A DNA stretch of 64,000 nucleotides, taken from contig CM022665.1 of the NCBI GenBank assembly GCA_012295275.1, positions 37,572,001 through 37,636,000 on the forward strand, given 5' to 3'. The notes below the pieces were generated by a model that was not told where the DNA came from, searched no databases, and saw nothing but the letters and a program-made list of their open reading frames with translations. Positions 1 through 12,666 of the stretch are shown here, one piece after another (position 1 is the first letter of the stretch; each line of letters starts with the position of its first letter). The translations under genes were made by a program, and so were the position numbers. This DNA comes from Chrysomallon squamiferum (taxonomy: Eukaryota; Animalia; Mollusca).

Positions 1-456
1 CCTTTTATATTAATATTTCTTGCAATATATATTTACACTTATTCTTGTTGTATTCATACATTAAATAAAAGTTAAATATTACAAGAAAACGATGAAAGCC
101 TTATTAATTTCTTAAAATAAAATGAACTGTGCATTCGATGTATTATATTTTCCTGGTAAATGTAAAGTTTGTTTTCATTATTTCAAATCATCTAATTATT
201 TTAATTATGACATTATCAATCTGAAAAGACAACTCTTTAATACTTATTTATTTGTTTGTTTTTGTTTGTTTGTTTTGTTTTTTGTCTTTATCAACTGTGT
301 TTTTTGTTTCTGTAATTATTAGTTTGGTTTTTGTTTCCTTTTCTTTTCTTTCGGTGGCTTCTGAATTTATAAAGATACAGTCCTGCAACTTTTGTGTGTG
401 TAATACAGGCAACATAACAGTATAATGAAAGGCATGTATTTTGTAGTTCATAGAAC

Positions 457-505
<49 letters not shown>

Positions 506-3500
506 AGATTACCGTGATACATAAACCACAATTAATTTTCAGAATATTCAAGGCATGATAATTTATCCAGTGTCATGGTACGTGATAGAGTGCAGAGTCC
601 CAATGTGGGATAAATAACTAGGTTATTAATGTACTGGTAACTTTTCATCATTAGCTCTTCTAAGTGAGTAATTCTTAAAAACAATATTTAAAAATGTTCC
701 ATTTGTTAGATGGGCCCATGCTGTATGTAAATTTAAAAAAAGTATTAACATATTAATATTATATAATAGCTGAATATGAATTTTTAAAAGAAAACAAAAA
801 AAATGTTTTCTGCTGGGGCTTCTGTCTTTAAAGTTAATATGAATATTACAATTATTTTGAGATACGGCTAGATCATTCTGAGCAGCATGTATGCAGGCAT
901 TTTTCAACAATTGAAAAAGAAGTATAAATTATCCATATGCAAAAAAAAAAAAAAAAAAAAAAATCAAAAAACATTTAAAGAAAATGAAATATGCTCAATT
1001 TACGAGTGGGATAAAGGGAAACATTTTGTAAATAAACTGTCAGCAGTGAATTAATCTCAGGTTTAGCCACCCACACCATCAAATCACACCAACAAGAACA
1101 CAGTTGCAGATCAAACACATTGATGTTTATTGTTATCTATTTTTAACACAGATGTACCAACTACCTCTGAATTAAGTAATATCCCCTGATGTACAGTCTA
1201 TGTGTATTAGAGTAAATATGCAGAACCAGTTATAGAGCTGATGTCATGCAGTGTACAAACAAAGACAAAATTTAAATTCAGATCTCTGTCAGTAATCATG
1301 TTAAGACATGCTTAATCTATCAGAAATTCAAAACAGACACCTGTAACATACATTGGAGATGCTAACAAATGTTTTGGAGTAACTTATAGCATAGTTATTT
1401 TATGTGTGCATTCAGAAATTATCCTTTAACCATATTATAAATTAAATGTAAGAATTAATGCTGTAAAGGTTTTTTGTTGTTGTTTTGGTTTTATTAAATT
1501 GGTTATAAAATATTTATATAAATATGCTTTAAAAAAAACACAAAAAAAAAAAACACAGACTGGTATGTATATTATCACCTAAATAATATCCAAAACATAT
1601 ATATATAATCACACACATTTCATTCTTTAAATTACTTTTCTATAAACCATTTCATGCCAGACTTTTTATTAATTTTTAAAATTATTTTATCATTACATTT
1701 TTAATCAGAATTTTTAATTTTTTTTTTTTAATTTCAAAAATGAAATATTACATCTAAAACTTGTTTCAAAACATTTATTTTATACTGTGATCTTTAACCA
1801 AATTTCTTTTTGTCAACCATTTTTATGTATGACCAACTGTTACACTAATACTTTATATTTTACTATTTTAACCCTCTAATTTGATATATGATCTCAGCTG
1901 AATGCTATTTTCTGTGACATTAACTTGAATCAGTTAAACTAGGCTTCATCTAAAAGGACATGTTGATTTTGAATAGCCAAAACGTTTCACTTGGCTGAAT
2001 CCAAATACGAACAGCATGGCAAATACTGTGAACAAAATAGAACTGACCTAGTATTTTGCTGAGGATGGTTTTTTCAGTTTTGTCTATTTTAATAATCAAT
2101 GATGAAATATTTTTACTTTTATTAAATGCTTAAAAACAGAAACTGATAATCTTATTACCAATTATTCAAACATTAATTTTTTTGTTCATACCATGTTAAA
2201 TTGCTATAAGAATACTGAAAACTTCTGCCTATTTTTTGGCAGCAGGTCATTACCAGATTTGTACTGATGTTATTTCACATTACAGCTTTGCAAATGGGCT
2301 GTTCCCTGCAGCAGTGATTTTTAAAATCTACATGAGCAAGTTCCTCTTAGCTTTAGCATAAATATATTTACATAAATATATCAGGAATAGTGTGGCTTAT
2401 TTATTTACATATTGTCATTTACAAATTTAAAAAAAAAAAATACAATAAATAAATACAATAAACAATAAAAAATATATAAAAATAAATAAATAAAATTTAA
2501 AAACTGAAAATGATAAAATAATTGAAAAGACTTTTGTCAAGAATCTTTACTTTAAAACATGGCAAAAGTTATAGTTTATTTGAAGAACTGATGGATTATT
2601 TCTTAACAGCTTATATTTTATAAAGAAATACTGAATACAAGTAACATTAACCTGTTTGTTGTCAGAAACAGTTGTTGGGAATAATGTACAAATTTAGTGT
2701 ATCTCTGTCACAATTCATTCAAGCTGGTGCATATGTATCATTTTAAATAATTTATGTTTAAAATATCAAAAAAAATGAGACACAAATTAAAATAAAAAAT
2801 AAAATGAAATGAAATAATACTAACAGAATATTTATTTACTAAAATTCTTACTTTTATTTTAACCCATGGTGAAGTTCTAAGTGGTTTGAAAGATGTATTT
2901 GTAAGTACCGTTACATTTTGCCTCCATTTTGTCCAATAATCAAGTGACCACATTTTGCAATCTGCCAGCAGACTTCCAGTATTTCCATCTAATTATATTT
3001 ATTAATAAATCACTGGGCAAAAATATTTTTTTTATTTCTATTCAACATGTTACATACAGTTTTTTAAATACAAAGGACTGAATAAATAAATCAGAAACAA
3101 AAATAACATGTTAAAAATAATGCGCCAATGTTTAGTTTTATCACTTTTAGCAACAAAAAAAAAAAAAAAAAAAAAAATGGTGTAAAGATCATTAATAGGC
3201 CTTCATTGTTCCTCTGTGAGCCTCAGTGGAATTTGTTAATGAAAATAAACACAAATCTCCTTCTTATACCATTGAATAATTGATAAATGATTAAAGATAA
3301 TTGCATATACAATAAAGATTACAATTTACAAACCTACACAAGTAGGGGTCCGAGACTCAAGGAAGCAGGCTGCAAGTAAGTGTACAAATTATGTTAAATA
3401 AATTTACTTCTTATGGCACGAGTCTGTATAAAATATTTTGTTAATGGCCCTGTTTTAATATAAACAAGATAATGACATACATGTAGATGTTTAAGTTAAA

Positions 3501-3529
3501 GATATCAAAAATATCAGTTGCATCCGAAA

Positions 3530-3935
3530 AAACATTAACAAGCTGTCATTTGTAATTTCTAGATTTGACTACTGCAAACTACTACATCTCAGCTCCATCG
3601 ACTGCAGAAGATACGAAAACTATCCAAAAAAAAAAATGGCCGCTAGAACAATACCATTCAGATGTATGTTTGACCAGATCACACGGTGTTTCGTGAATGT
3701 CACTGGTTTCAGTTTCAAATGATGTGCCTTATTTTCAAGTATCTGTCTGGATATATCTCAACGTACCCTCGTGATGACCAAGATCCAAAACCAAACGCCA
3801 ACTCACAAGTCTTAATAATTCACTATGGACAAAGACATTTTTTTTATTATCTTCGGCCACCGTATGGAATGATCTTCCATAACACTTAATGTCTTCTACC
3901 GCATTGATTTGGACTGAAAACCTATCTGTTCGGTA
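3530..3935 (+). mobile_element. Decayed L2/CR1-clade LINE 3' (RT C-terminal) fragment, copy A
   Basis: Broken frames give FVISRFDYC, MAART, DQITR.FRECHW, YGQR and GLKTYLF, resembling the L2/CR1 pattern VISRLDYCN..AAR..DHITP.L..LHW..LKTYLF. Many stops and frameshifts. Confidence 0.65.
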
Positions 3936-4130
3936 AGGTAATTAAGATTTTTACAAAGACACTTTACAAACAAAAACATAAATTATATATATAATTTTTA
4001 TAAAACATTTCTTTATTATTATCTTTAAAATGTATTTATTACTTTCTTTTAAACTAATTATTTATTTCTTCATCTATCCATATGTGTGTCCGTCTGTATG
4101 TCTTTCTTTCTACCGCTTTAAGAATTTGAT

Positions 4131-5093
4131 TCAGCCAAACATAGAAGAAATCAACACGAGTAGCAGTCTAACTATCAGATCACCCAGTAACGGTTTGTAA
4201 TGTTTAATCATTTCGAAAGTTGGTGATCTTAATAACCATGAATCTTGCATCAGCTTCTTCCATTCCTTCATTTTGAAAATCTTAACATTTTCATGTTCTG
4301 AAATTATTATTCTACCATCTTCTAGTACACAAACATCAGATGGTTTAGAAATAGTGCATGTGTTTGGATAAATAAGAGTCATGAGACGTTTTTCTAGATT
4401 AATCATCGAAACGTAATTTTGCGTTTGGTTCACAAAAAACACCAGTTTTTCCGAAACGGAGATGCCTCTTAATTTGGGATAGCCTAAATGGACCCGGTAT
4501 TCAACGTATCCCTCGGGATCGAAGACAGTAATACAGAGTTTATTGGAGTCAGCGATTACTACTTTACCGCTTTTTGTGACCCTTATATGATAAGGATTAT
4601 GACATGTAATCTCAGACGTCATTAAACGGATGGTCTTGCAATCTTGATTTAGTATATTCACCTTTTCCTTGGTACCAGCAACCAGGTTTTTGTTTGGAAG
4701 CATAGCTATTCCGAAATAACGAGGATACGTCTTAATGGTTCTCAGGAGATGAACTTTTTTGTCCCGTAATTCAAAAAACGAAATGTTTCTTTCTCCAATA
4801 CCTGGAACCAAAAAACTGTTGTCACCCGTTGCCGTTATTCCGAATACTCTTCCCAAATGATTTGTGCTGTCCAGATATTTCCCGTCCATTGTAAAAGCTT
4901 TCGCGACAGCATTTACTATATCGGTGACGATTATGGCGCCGCATTTCAGAACAATCATTTGTTCAATCTGACCATCCCTTTCATCATGCTCGGTGGCAAT
5001 GGAGAATTCTGAGAGAAATGTCATATCAGAACAGTCCCTTTTCATAGGCGACATAAAGTCGTTTATGTATGTCCAACTTTTCCTTTCCCCCAT
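4131..5093 (-). CDS. Intronless NHL-repeat / beta-propeller protein (320 aa), copy A, hydrophobic C-terminus, no RING/B-box
   Basis: Long ORF with blade motifs (IIVTD, FGIAMLPNKNLVAGT, NPYHIRVTKSGKVVIADS, LRGISVS, KPSDVCVLEDGRIIISE) typical of NHL/TRIM71-like C-terminal domains. Confidence 0.8.
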   Translation of the reverse strand: MGERKSWTYINDFMSPMKRDCSDMTFLSEFSIATEHDERDGQIEQMIVLKCGAIIVTDIVNAVAKAFTMDGKYLDSTNHLGRVFGITATGDNSFLVPGIGERNISFFELRDKKVHLLRTIKTYPRYFGIAMLPNKNLVAGTKEKVNILNQDCKTIRLMTSEITCHNPYHIRVTKSGKVVIADSNKLCITVFDPEGYVEYRVHLGYPKLRGISVSEKLVFFVNQTQNYVSMINLEKRLMTLIYPNTCTISKPSDVCVLEDGRIIISEHENVKIFKMKEWKKLMQDSWLLRSPTFEMIKHYKPLLGDLIVRLLLVLISSMFG

Positions 5094-5836
5094 GCAAAAC
5101 GATTACTAAAACAAAACTGAAACGAGGAAACTGCCAGCAAAAAAATGTCCGATCACATGACTGTTGTGTACATTATTATTGATAATTTTATCTGGAGTTA
5201 TTCCCCTTATTACACTGAAACGAAAAATGTCGAAGTAGTGTCTTCGGACCAGAGAAGTAACAATTAAATGGTTTGGTTCATGATGATATATGCTGTTCTG
5301 CCCTAATGTTATTGTCGTCGTTGTTTTCTTCTCTTTATTCCACCCAGTTATTGAAGAAGTACATAATATACTACAAGTTTGTCAGATAATACTGAGATAA
5401 AAATAAAAATTTCTTTTCGAATGTTGTAACGGTCCCCGTTACTCTAAAATTACTCAGTCTTAATAGTTTCATGGTCCGGCGTAAATATATGGTATTTACT
5501 GTATTTAATTCAATATGTTTATCACCGAAAGTAAAAATAAAGATGTTTTTAAAAATAATATGCAAATTAGACATAAGTATATAACATTAAGCAAACAATC
5601 CATTTATTTTATTTTATTTTATTTTTATATATTTTCTTGGGTTATTATTATTATTATTATTTCTTAGAATATGGCTTTATGAGTCACTGCGAGTAAATAA
5701 ACATTTTATATTTCCAGTTTCAAAAACTTAATTCCAACCTTCAGACGCCTTTGAGATGCTATAGATGCTGATATTATTCTATTTTCATAACGTAATTGTG
5801 TACAAACATAGACGCAACCACTACAACAACAGCAAT

Positions 5837-5887
<51 letters not shown>

Positions 5888-7256
5888 TTATTAATAAATA
5901 AATAAAGTGTTTGTTTAATGTTATATATAAGATATTTTATAATTTTCAAAGGTTTCGCCTGAAATGCATGTTGATGACTATGACAACGAAAATTTCAATT
6001 CATTCAAGCTGGCAGATGAGGACCCTACTTTGAACCGGTCCATCTGAAAAAGAAAAAGAGGATTATGACGAAGAGTTTATAAAAACGTTAGAAAAGTAAA
6101 GCCACGTAAAACAAAAAACTTGTTTATCGTCCACCCATTTCAGTTTTACAGGTCGGGATGAAGGTTTTATTTTTATTTTTTTTTATTTGTATACTGCATT
6201 TCATCTTCGGTATTTATTACAAAACTCACACAAGGGGATAACGACGGCATGCGTCCATCCAAACCGATCTTTAAGTGGCAGCCTTCCTTTGGCATGAAGC
6301 ATGTCGCCATTTTCCATCTACTTATAGACGTCACAAAAGATAGATGAACATTCTATTCTATAGCCTGACAATTCCTGATAATGGTTAAACAGTTTTAATA
6401 GTTTTAACACTTTACTTGAAAAATAATGAATAAAAATATTTAATAAAGGAGGGCAGGAGTATTTATCAGGTCTGACGGGCATGCTAAACAAGTATTTTTT
6501 TTTTTATATTTATTTTATATTATTATTAGGTTGTTTTTTGTGGGGTTTTTTTTTTTTGTAATCTGGCCTAAATTACAGTTTCAAATTATTAAACAATTTA
6601 AAGACTTCATTTTAATTCTTTGTTTTAAATTATTATCTAAATATGTTTGGCTATAATTATGTATTTAGGATTCTTCCAGTGTATTTATTCATTAATAAAA
6701 GTTAAGTCTTACCAGAAGAAAATGAAAATTACAGAAAGGGACTAAACATCTTTCCATATAATAATGATAATAAGAAGAAGAAGACGAAATCTTAGTTTTA
6801 CCTTTTATATTAATATTTCTTGCAATATATATTTACATTTATTCTTGTTGTATTCATACATTAAATAAAAGTTAAATATTACAAGAAAACGATGAAAGCC
6901 TTATTAATTTCTTAAAATAAAATGAACTGTGCATTCGATGTATTATATTTTCCTGGTAAATGTAAAGTTTGTTTTCATTATTTCAAATCATCTAATTATT
7001 TTAATTATGACATTATCAATCTGAAAAGACAACTCTTTAATACTTATTTATTTGTTTGTTTTTGTTTGTTTGTTTTGTTTTTTGTCTTTATCAACTGTGT
7101 TTTTTGTTTCTGTAATTATTAGTTTGGTTTTTGTTTCCTTTTCTTTTCTTTCGGTGGCTTCTGAATTTATAAAGATACAGTCCTGCAACTTTTGTGTGTG
7201 TAATACAGGCAACATAACAGTATAATGAAAGGCATGTATTTTGTAGTTCATAGAAC

Positions 7257-7302
<46 letters not shown>

Positions 7303-10300
7303 AGATTACCGTGATACATAAACCACAATTAATTTTCAGAATATTCAAGGCATGATAATTTATCCAGTGTCATGGTACGTGATAGAGTGCAGAGTCCCAA
7401 TGTGGGATAAATAACTGGGTTATTAATGTACTGGTAACTTTTCATCATTAGCTCTTCTAAGTGAGTAATTCTTAAAAACAATATTTAAAAATGTTCCATT
7501 TGTTAGATGGGCCCATGCTGTATGTAAATTTAAAAAAAGTATTAACATATTAATATTATATAATAGCTGAATATGAATTTTTAAAAGAAAACAAAAAAAA
7601 TGTTTTCTGCTGGGGCTTCTGTCTTTAAAGTTAATATGAATATTACAATTATTTTGAGATACGGCTAGATCATTCTGAGCAGCATGTATGCAGGCATTTT
7701 TCAACAATTGAAAAAGAAGTATAAATTATCCATATGCAAAAAAAAAAAAAAAAAAAAAAAAAAAACATTTAAAGAAAATGAAATATGCTCAATTTACGAG
7801 TGGGATAAAGGGAAACATTTTGTAAATAAACTGTCAGCAGTGAATTAATCTCAGGTTTAGCCACCCACACCCATCAAATCACACCAACAAGAACACAGTT
7901 GCAGATCAAACACATTGATGTTTATTGTTATCTATTTTTAACACAGATGTACCAACTACCTCTGAATTAAGTAATATCCCTGATGTACAGTCTATGTGTA
8001 TTAGAGTAAATATGCAGAACCAGTTATAGAGCTGATGTCATGCAGTGTACAAACAAAGACAAAATTTAAATTCAGATCTCTGTCAGTAATCATGTTAAGA
8101 CATGCTTAATCTATCAGAAATTCAAAACAGACACCTGTAACATACATTGGAGATGCTAACAAATGTTTTGGAGTAACTTATAGCATAGTTATTTTATGTG
8201 TGCATTCAGAAATTATCCTTTAACCATATTATAAATTAAATGTAAGAATTAATGCTGTAAAGGTTTTTTGTTGTTGTTTTGGTTTTATTAAATTGGTTAT
8301 AAAATATTTATATAAATATGCTTTAAAAAAAAACACAAAAAAAAACACAGACTGGTATGTATATTATCACCTAAATAATATCCAAAACATATATATATAA
8401 TCACACACATTTCATTCTTTAAATTACTTTTCTATAAACCATTTCATGCCAGACTTTTTATTAATTTTTAAAATTATTTTATCATTACATTTTTAATCAG
8501 AATTTTTAATTTTTTTTTTTTTTTTTAATTTCAAAAATGAAATATTACATCTAAAACTTGTTTCAAAACATTTATTTTATACTGTGATCTTTAACCAAAT
8601 TTCTTTTTGTCAACCATTTTTATGTATGACCAACTGTTACACTAATACTTTATATTTTACTATTTTAACCCTCTAATTTGATATATGATCTCAGCTGAAT
8701 GCTATTTTCTGTGACATTAACTTGAATCAGTTAAACTAGGCTTCATCTAAAAGGACATGTTGATTTTGAATAGCCAAAACGTTTCACTTGGCTGAATCCA
8801 AATACGAACAGCATGGCAAATACTGTGAACAAAATAGAACTGACCTAGTATTTTGCTGAGGATGGTTTTTTCAGTTTTGTCTATTTTAATAATCAATGAT
8901 GAAATATTTTTACTTTTATTAAATGCTTAAAAACAGAAACTGATAATCTTATTACCAATTATTCAAACATTAATTTTTTGTTCATACCATGTTAAATTGC
9001 TATAAGAATACTGAAAACTTCTGCCTATTTTTTGGCAGCAGGTCATTACCAGATTTGTACTGATGTTATTTCACATTACAGCTTTGCAAATGGGCTGTTC
9101 CCTGCAGCAGTGATTTTTAAAATCTACATGAGCAAGTTCCTCTTAGTTTTAGCATAAATATATTTACATAAATATATCAGGAATAGTGTGGCTTATTTAT
9201 TTACATATTGTCATTTACAAATTTAAAAAAAAAAAAAATACAATAAATACAATAAACAATAAAAAATATATAAAAATAAATAAATAAAATTTAAAAACTG
9301 AAAATAATAAAATAATTGAAAAGACTTTTGTCAAGAATCTTTACTTTAAAACATGGCAAAAGTTATAGTTTATTTGAAGAACTGATGGATTATTTCTTAA
9401 CAGCTTATATTTTATAAAGAAATACTGAATACAAGTAACATTAACCTGTTTGTTGTCAGAAACAGTTGTTGGGAATAATGTACAAATTTAGTGTATCTCT
9501 GTCACAATTCATTCAAGCTGGTGCATATGTATCATTTTAAATAATTTATGTTTAAAATATCAAAAAAAATGAGACACAAATTAAAATAAAAAATAAAATG
9601 AAATGAAATAATACTAACAGAATATTTATTTACTAAAATTCTTACTTTTATTTTAACCCATGGTGAAGTTCTAAGTGGTTTGAAAGATGTATTTGTAAGT
9701 ACCGTTACATTTTGCCTCCATTTTGTCCAATAATCAAGTGACCACATTTTGCAATCTGCCAGCAGACTTCTAATATTTCCATCTAATTATATTAATAAAT
9801 CACTGGGCAAAAATATATTTTTTATTTCTATTCAACATGTTACATACAGTTTTTTAAATACAAAGGACTGAATAAATAAATCAGAAACAAAAATAACATG
9901 TTAAAAATAATGCGCCAATGTTTAGTTTTATCACTTTTAGCAACAAAAAAAAAAAAAAAAAAAAAAAAAAATGGTGTAAAGATCATTAATAGGCCTTCAT
10001 TGTTCCTCTGTGAGCCTCAGTGGAATTTGTTAATGAAAATAAACACAAATCTCCTTCTTATACCATTGAATAATTGATAAATGATTAAAGATAATTGCAT
10101 ATACAATAAAGATTACAATTTACAAACCTACACAAGTAGGGGTCCGAGACTCAAGGAAGCAGGCTGCAAGTAAGTGTAAAAATTATGTTAAATAAATTTA
10201 CTTCTTATGACACGAGTCTGTATAAAATATTTTGTTAATGGCCCTGTTTTAATATAAACAAGATAATGACATACATGTAGATGTTTAAGTTAAAGATATC

Positions 10301-10321
10301 AAAAATATCAGTTGCATCCGA

Positions 10322-10740
10322 AAAAACATTAACAAGCTGTCATTTGTAATTTCTAGATTTGACTACTGCAAACTACTACATCTCAGCTCCATCGACTGCA
10401 GAGGATACGAAAACTATTAAAAAAAAAAAAAAAAAAAAAATGGCCGCTAGAACAATACCATTCAGATGTATGTTTGACCAGATCACACGGTGTTTCGTGA
10501 ATGTCACTGGTTTCAGTTTCAAATGATGTGCCTTATTTTCAAGTATCTGTCTGGATATATCTCAACGTACCCTCGTGATGACCAAGATCCAAAACCAAAC
10601 GCCAACTCACAAGTCTTAATAATTCACTATGGACAAAGACATTTTTTTTATTATCTTCGGCCACCGTATGGAATGATCTTCCATAACACTTAATGTCTTC
10701 TACCGCATTGATTTGGACTGAAAACCTATCTGTTCGGTAA
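10322..10740 (+). mobile_element. Decayed L2/CR1-clade LINE fragment, copy B
   Basis: Duplicate of 3530-3935. Confidence 0.65.
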
Positions 10741-10937
10741 GGTAATTAAGATTTTTACAAAGACACTTTACAAACAAAAAAACATAAATTATATATATAA
10801 TTTTTATAAAACATTTCTTTATTATTATCTTTAAAATGTATTTATTACTTTCTTTTTAAACTAATTATTTATTTCTTCATCTATCCATATGTGTGTCCGT
10901 CTGTATGTCTTTCTTTCTACCGCTTTAAGAATTTGAT

Positions 10938-11900
10938 TCAGCCAAACATAGAAGAAATCAACACGAGTAGCAGTCTAACTATCAGATCACCCAGTAACGG
11001 TTTGTAATGTTTAATCATTTCGAAAGTTGGTGATCTTAATAACCATGAATCTTGCATCAGCTTCTTCCATTCCTTCATTTTGAAAATCTTAACATTTTCA
11101 TGTTCTGAAATTATTATTCTACCATCTTCTAGTACACAAACATCAGATGGTTTAGAAATAGTGCATGTGTTTGGATAAATAAGAGTCATGAGACGTTTTT
11201 CTAGATTAATCATCGAAACGTAATTTTGCGTTTGGTTCACAAAAAACACCAGTTTTTCCGAAACGGAGATGCCTCTTAATTTGGGATAGCCTAAATGGAC
11301 CCGGTATTCAACGTATCCCTCGGGATCGAAGACAGTAATACAGAGTTTATTGGAGTCAGCGATTACTACTTTACCGCTTTTTGTGACCCTTATATGATAA
11401 GGATTATGACATGTAATCTCAGACGTCATTAAACCGATGCTCTTGCAATCTTGATTTAGTATATTCACCTTTTCAGTGGTACCAGCAACCAGGTTTTTGT
11501 TTGGAAGCATAGCTATTCCGAAATAACGATGATACGTCTTAATGGTTCTCAGGAGATGAACTTTTTTGTCCCGTAATTCAAAAAACGAAATGTTTCTTTC
11601 TCCAATACCTGGAACCAAAAAACTGTTGTCACCCGTTGCCGTTATTCCGAATACTCTTCCCAAATGATTTGTGCTGTCCAGATATTTCCCGTCCATTGTA
11701 AAAGCTTTCGCGACAGCATTTACTATATCGGTGACGATTATGGCGCCGCATTTCAGAACAATCATTTGTTCAATCTGACCATCCCTTTCATCATGCTCGG
11801 TGGCAATGGAGAATTCTGAGAGAAATGTCATATCAGAACAGTCCCTTTTCATCGGCGACATAAAGTCGTTTATGTATGTCCAACTTTTCCTTTCCCCCAT
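10938..11900 (-). CDS. Intronless NHL-repeat / beta-propeller protein (320 aa), copy B
   Basis: Paralog of 4131-5093, differing at 4 amino acids (P/H, K/T, T/S, R/G). Confidence 0.8.
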   Translation of the reverse strand: MGERKSWTYINDFMSPMKRDCSDMTFLSEFSIATEHDERDGQIEQMIVLKCGAIIVTDIVNAVAKAFTMDGKYLDSTNHLGRVFGITATGDNSFLVPGIGERNISFFELRDKKVHLLRTIKTYHRYFGIAMLPNKNLVAGTTEKVNILNQDCKSIGLMTSEITCHNPYHIRVTKSGKVVIADSNKLCITVFDPEGYVEYRVHLGYPKLRGISVSEKLVFFVNQTQNYVSMINLEKRLMTLIYPNTCTISKPSDVCVLEDGRIIISEHENVKIFKMKEWKKLMQDSWLLRSPTFEMIKHYKPLLGDLIVRLLLVLISSMFG

Positions 11901-12615
11901 GCAAAACGATTACTAAAACAAAACTGAAACGAGGAAACTGCCAGCAAAATTGTCCGATCACATGACTGTTGTGTACATTATTATTGATAATTTTATCTGG
12001 AGTTATTCCCCTTATTACACTGAAACGAAAAATGTCGAAGTAGTGTCTTCGGACCAGAGAAGTAACAATTAAATGGTTTGGTTCATGATGATATATGCCG
12101 TTCTGCCCTAATGTTATTGTCGTCGTTGTTTTCTTCTCTTTTTCCACCCAGTTATTGAAGAACTACATAATATACTACATGTTTGTCAGATAATACTGAG
12201 ATAAAAATAAAAATTGCTTTTCGAATGTTGTAACGGTCCCCGTCTTAATAGTTTCATGGTCCAGCGTAAATATATGGTATTTACTGTATTTAATTCAATA
12301 TGTTTATCACCGAAAGTAAAAATAAAGATTTTTTTAAAAATAATATGCAAATTAGACATAAGTATATAACATTAAGCAAACAATCCATTTATTTTATTTT
12401 ATTTTATTTTTATATATTTTCTTGGGTTATTATTATTATTTCTTGGAATATGGCTTTATGAGTCAGTGCGAGTAAATAAACATTTTATATTTCCAGTTTC
12501 AAAAACTTAATTCCAACCTTCAGACGCCTTTGAGATGCTATAGATGCTGATATTATTCTATTTTCATAACGTAATTGTGTACAAACATGGACGCAACCAC
12601 TACAACAACAGCAAT

Positions 12616-12666
<51 letters not shown>

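Larger units (their letters stand above)
1..6800. repeat. Copy A of ~6.8-kb direct tandem segmental duplication (may extend upstream of the window)
   Basis: Position 1 (ccttttatattaatatttct) recurs at 6801. ORFs recur with ~6800 offset (122/6922, 626/7423, 4131/10938). Differences are mainly homopolymer/microsatellite lengths plus scattered SNPs. Confidence 0.95.
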
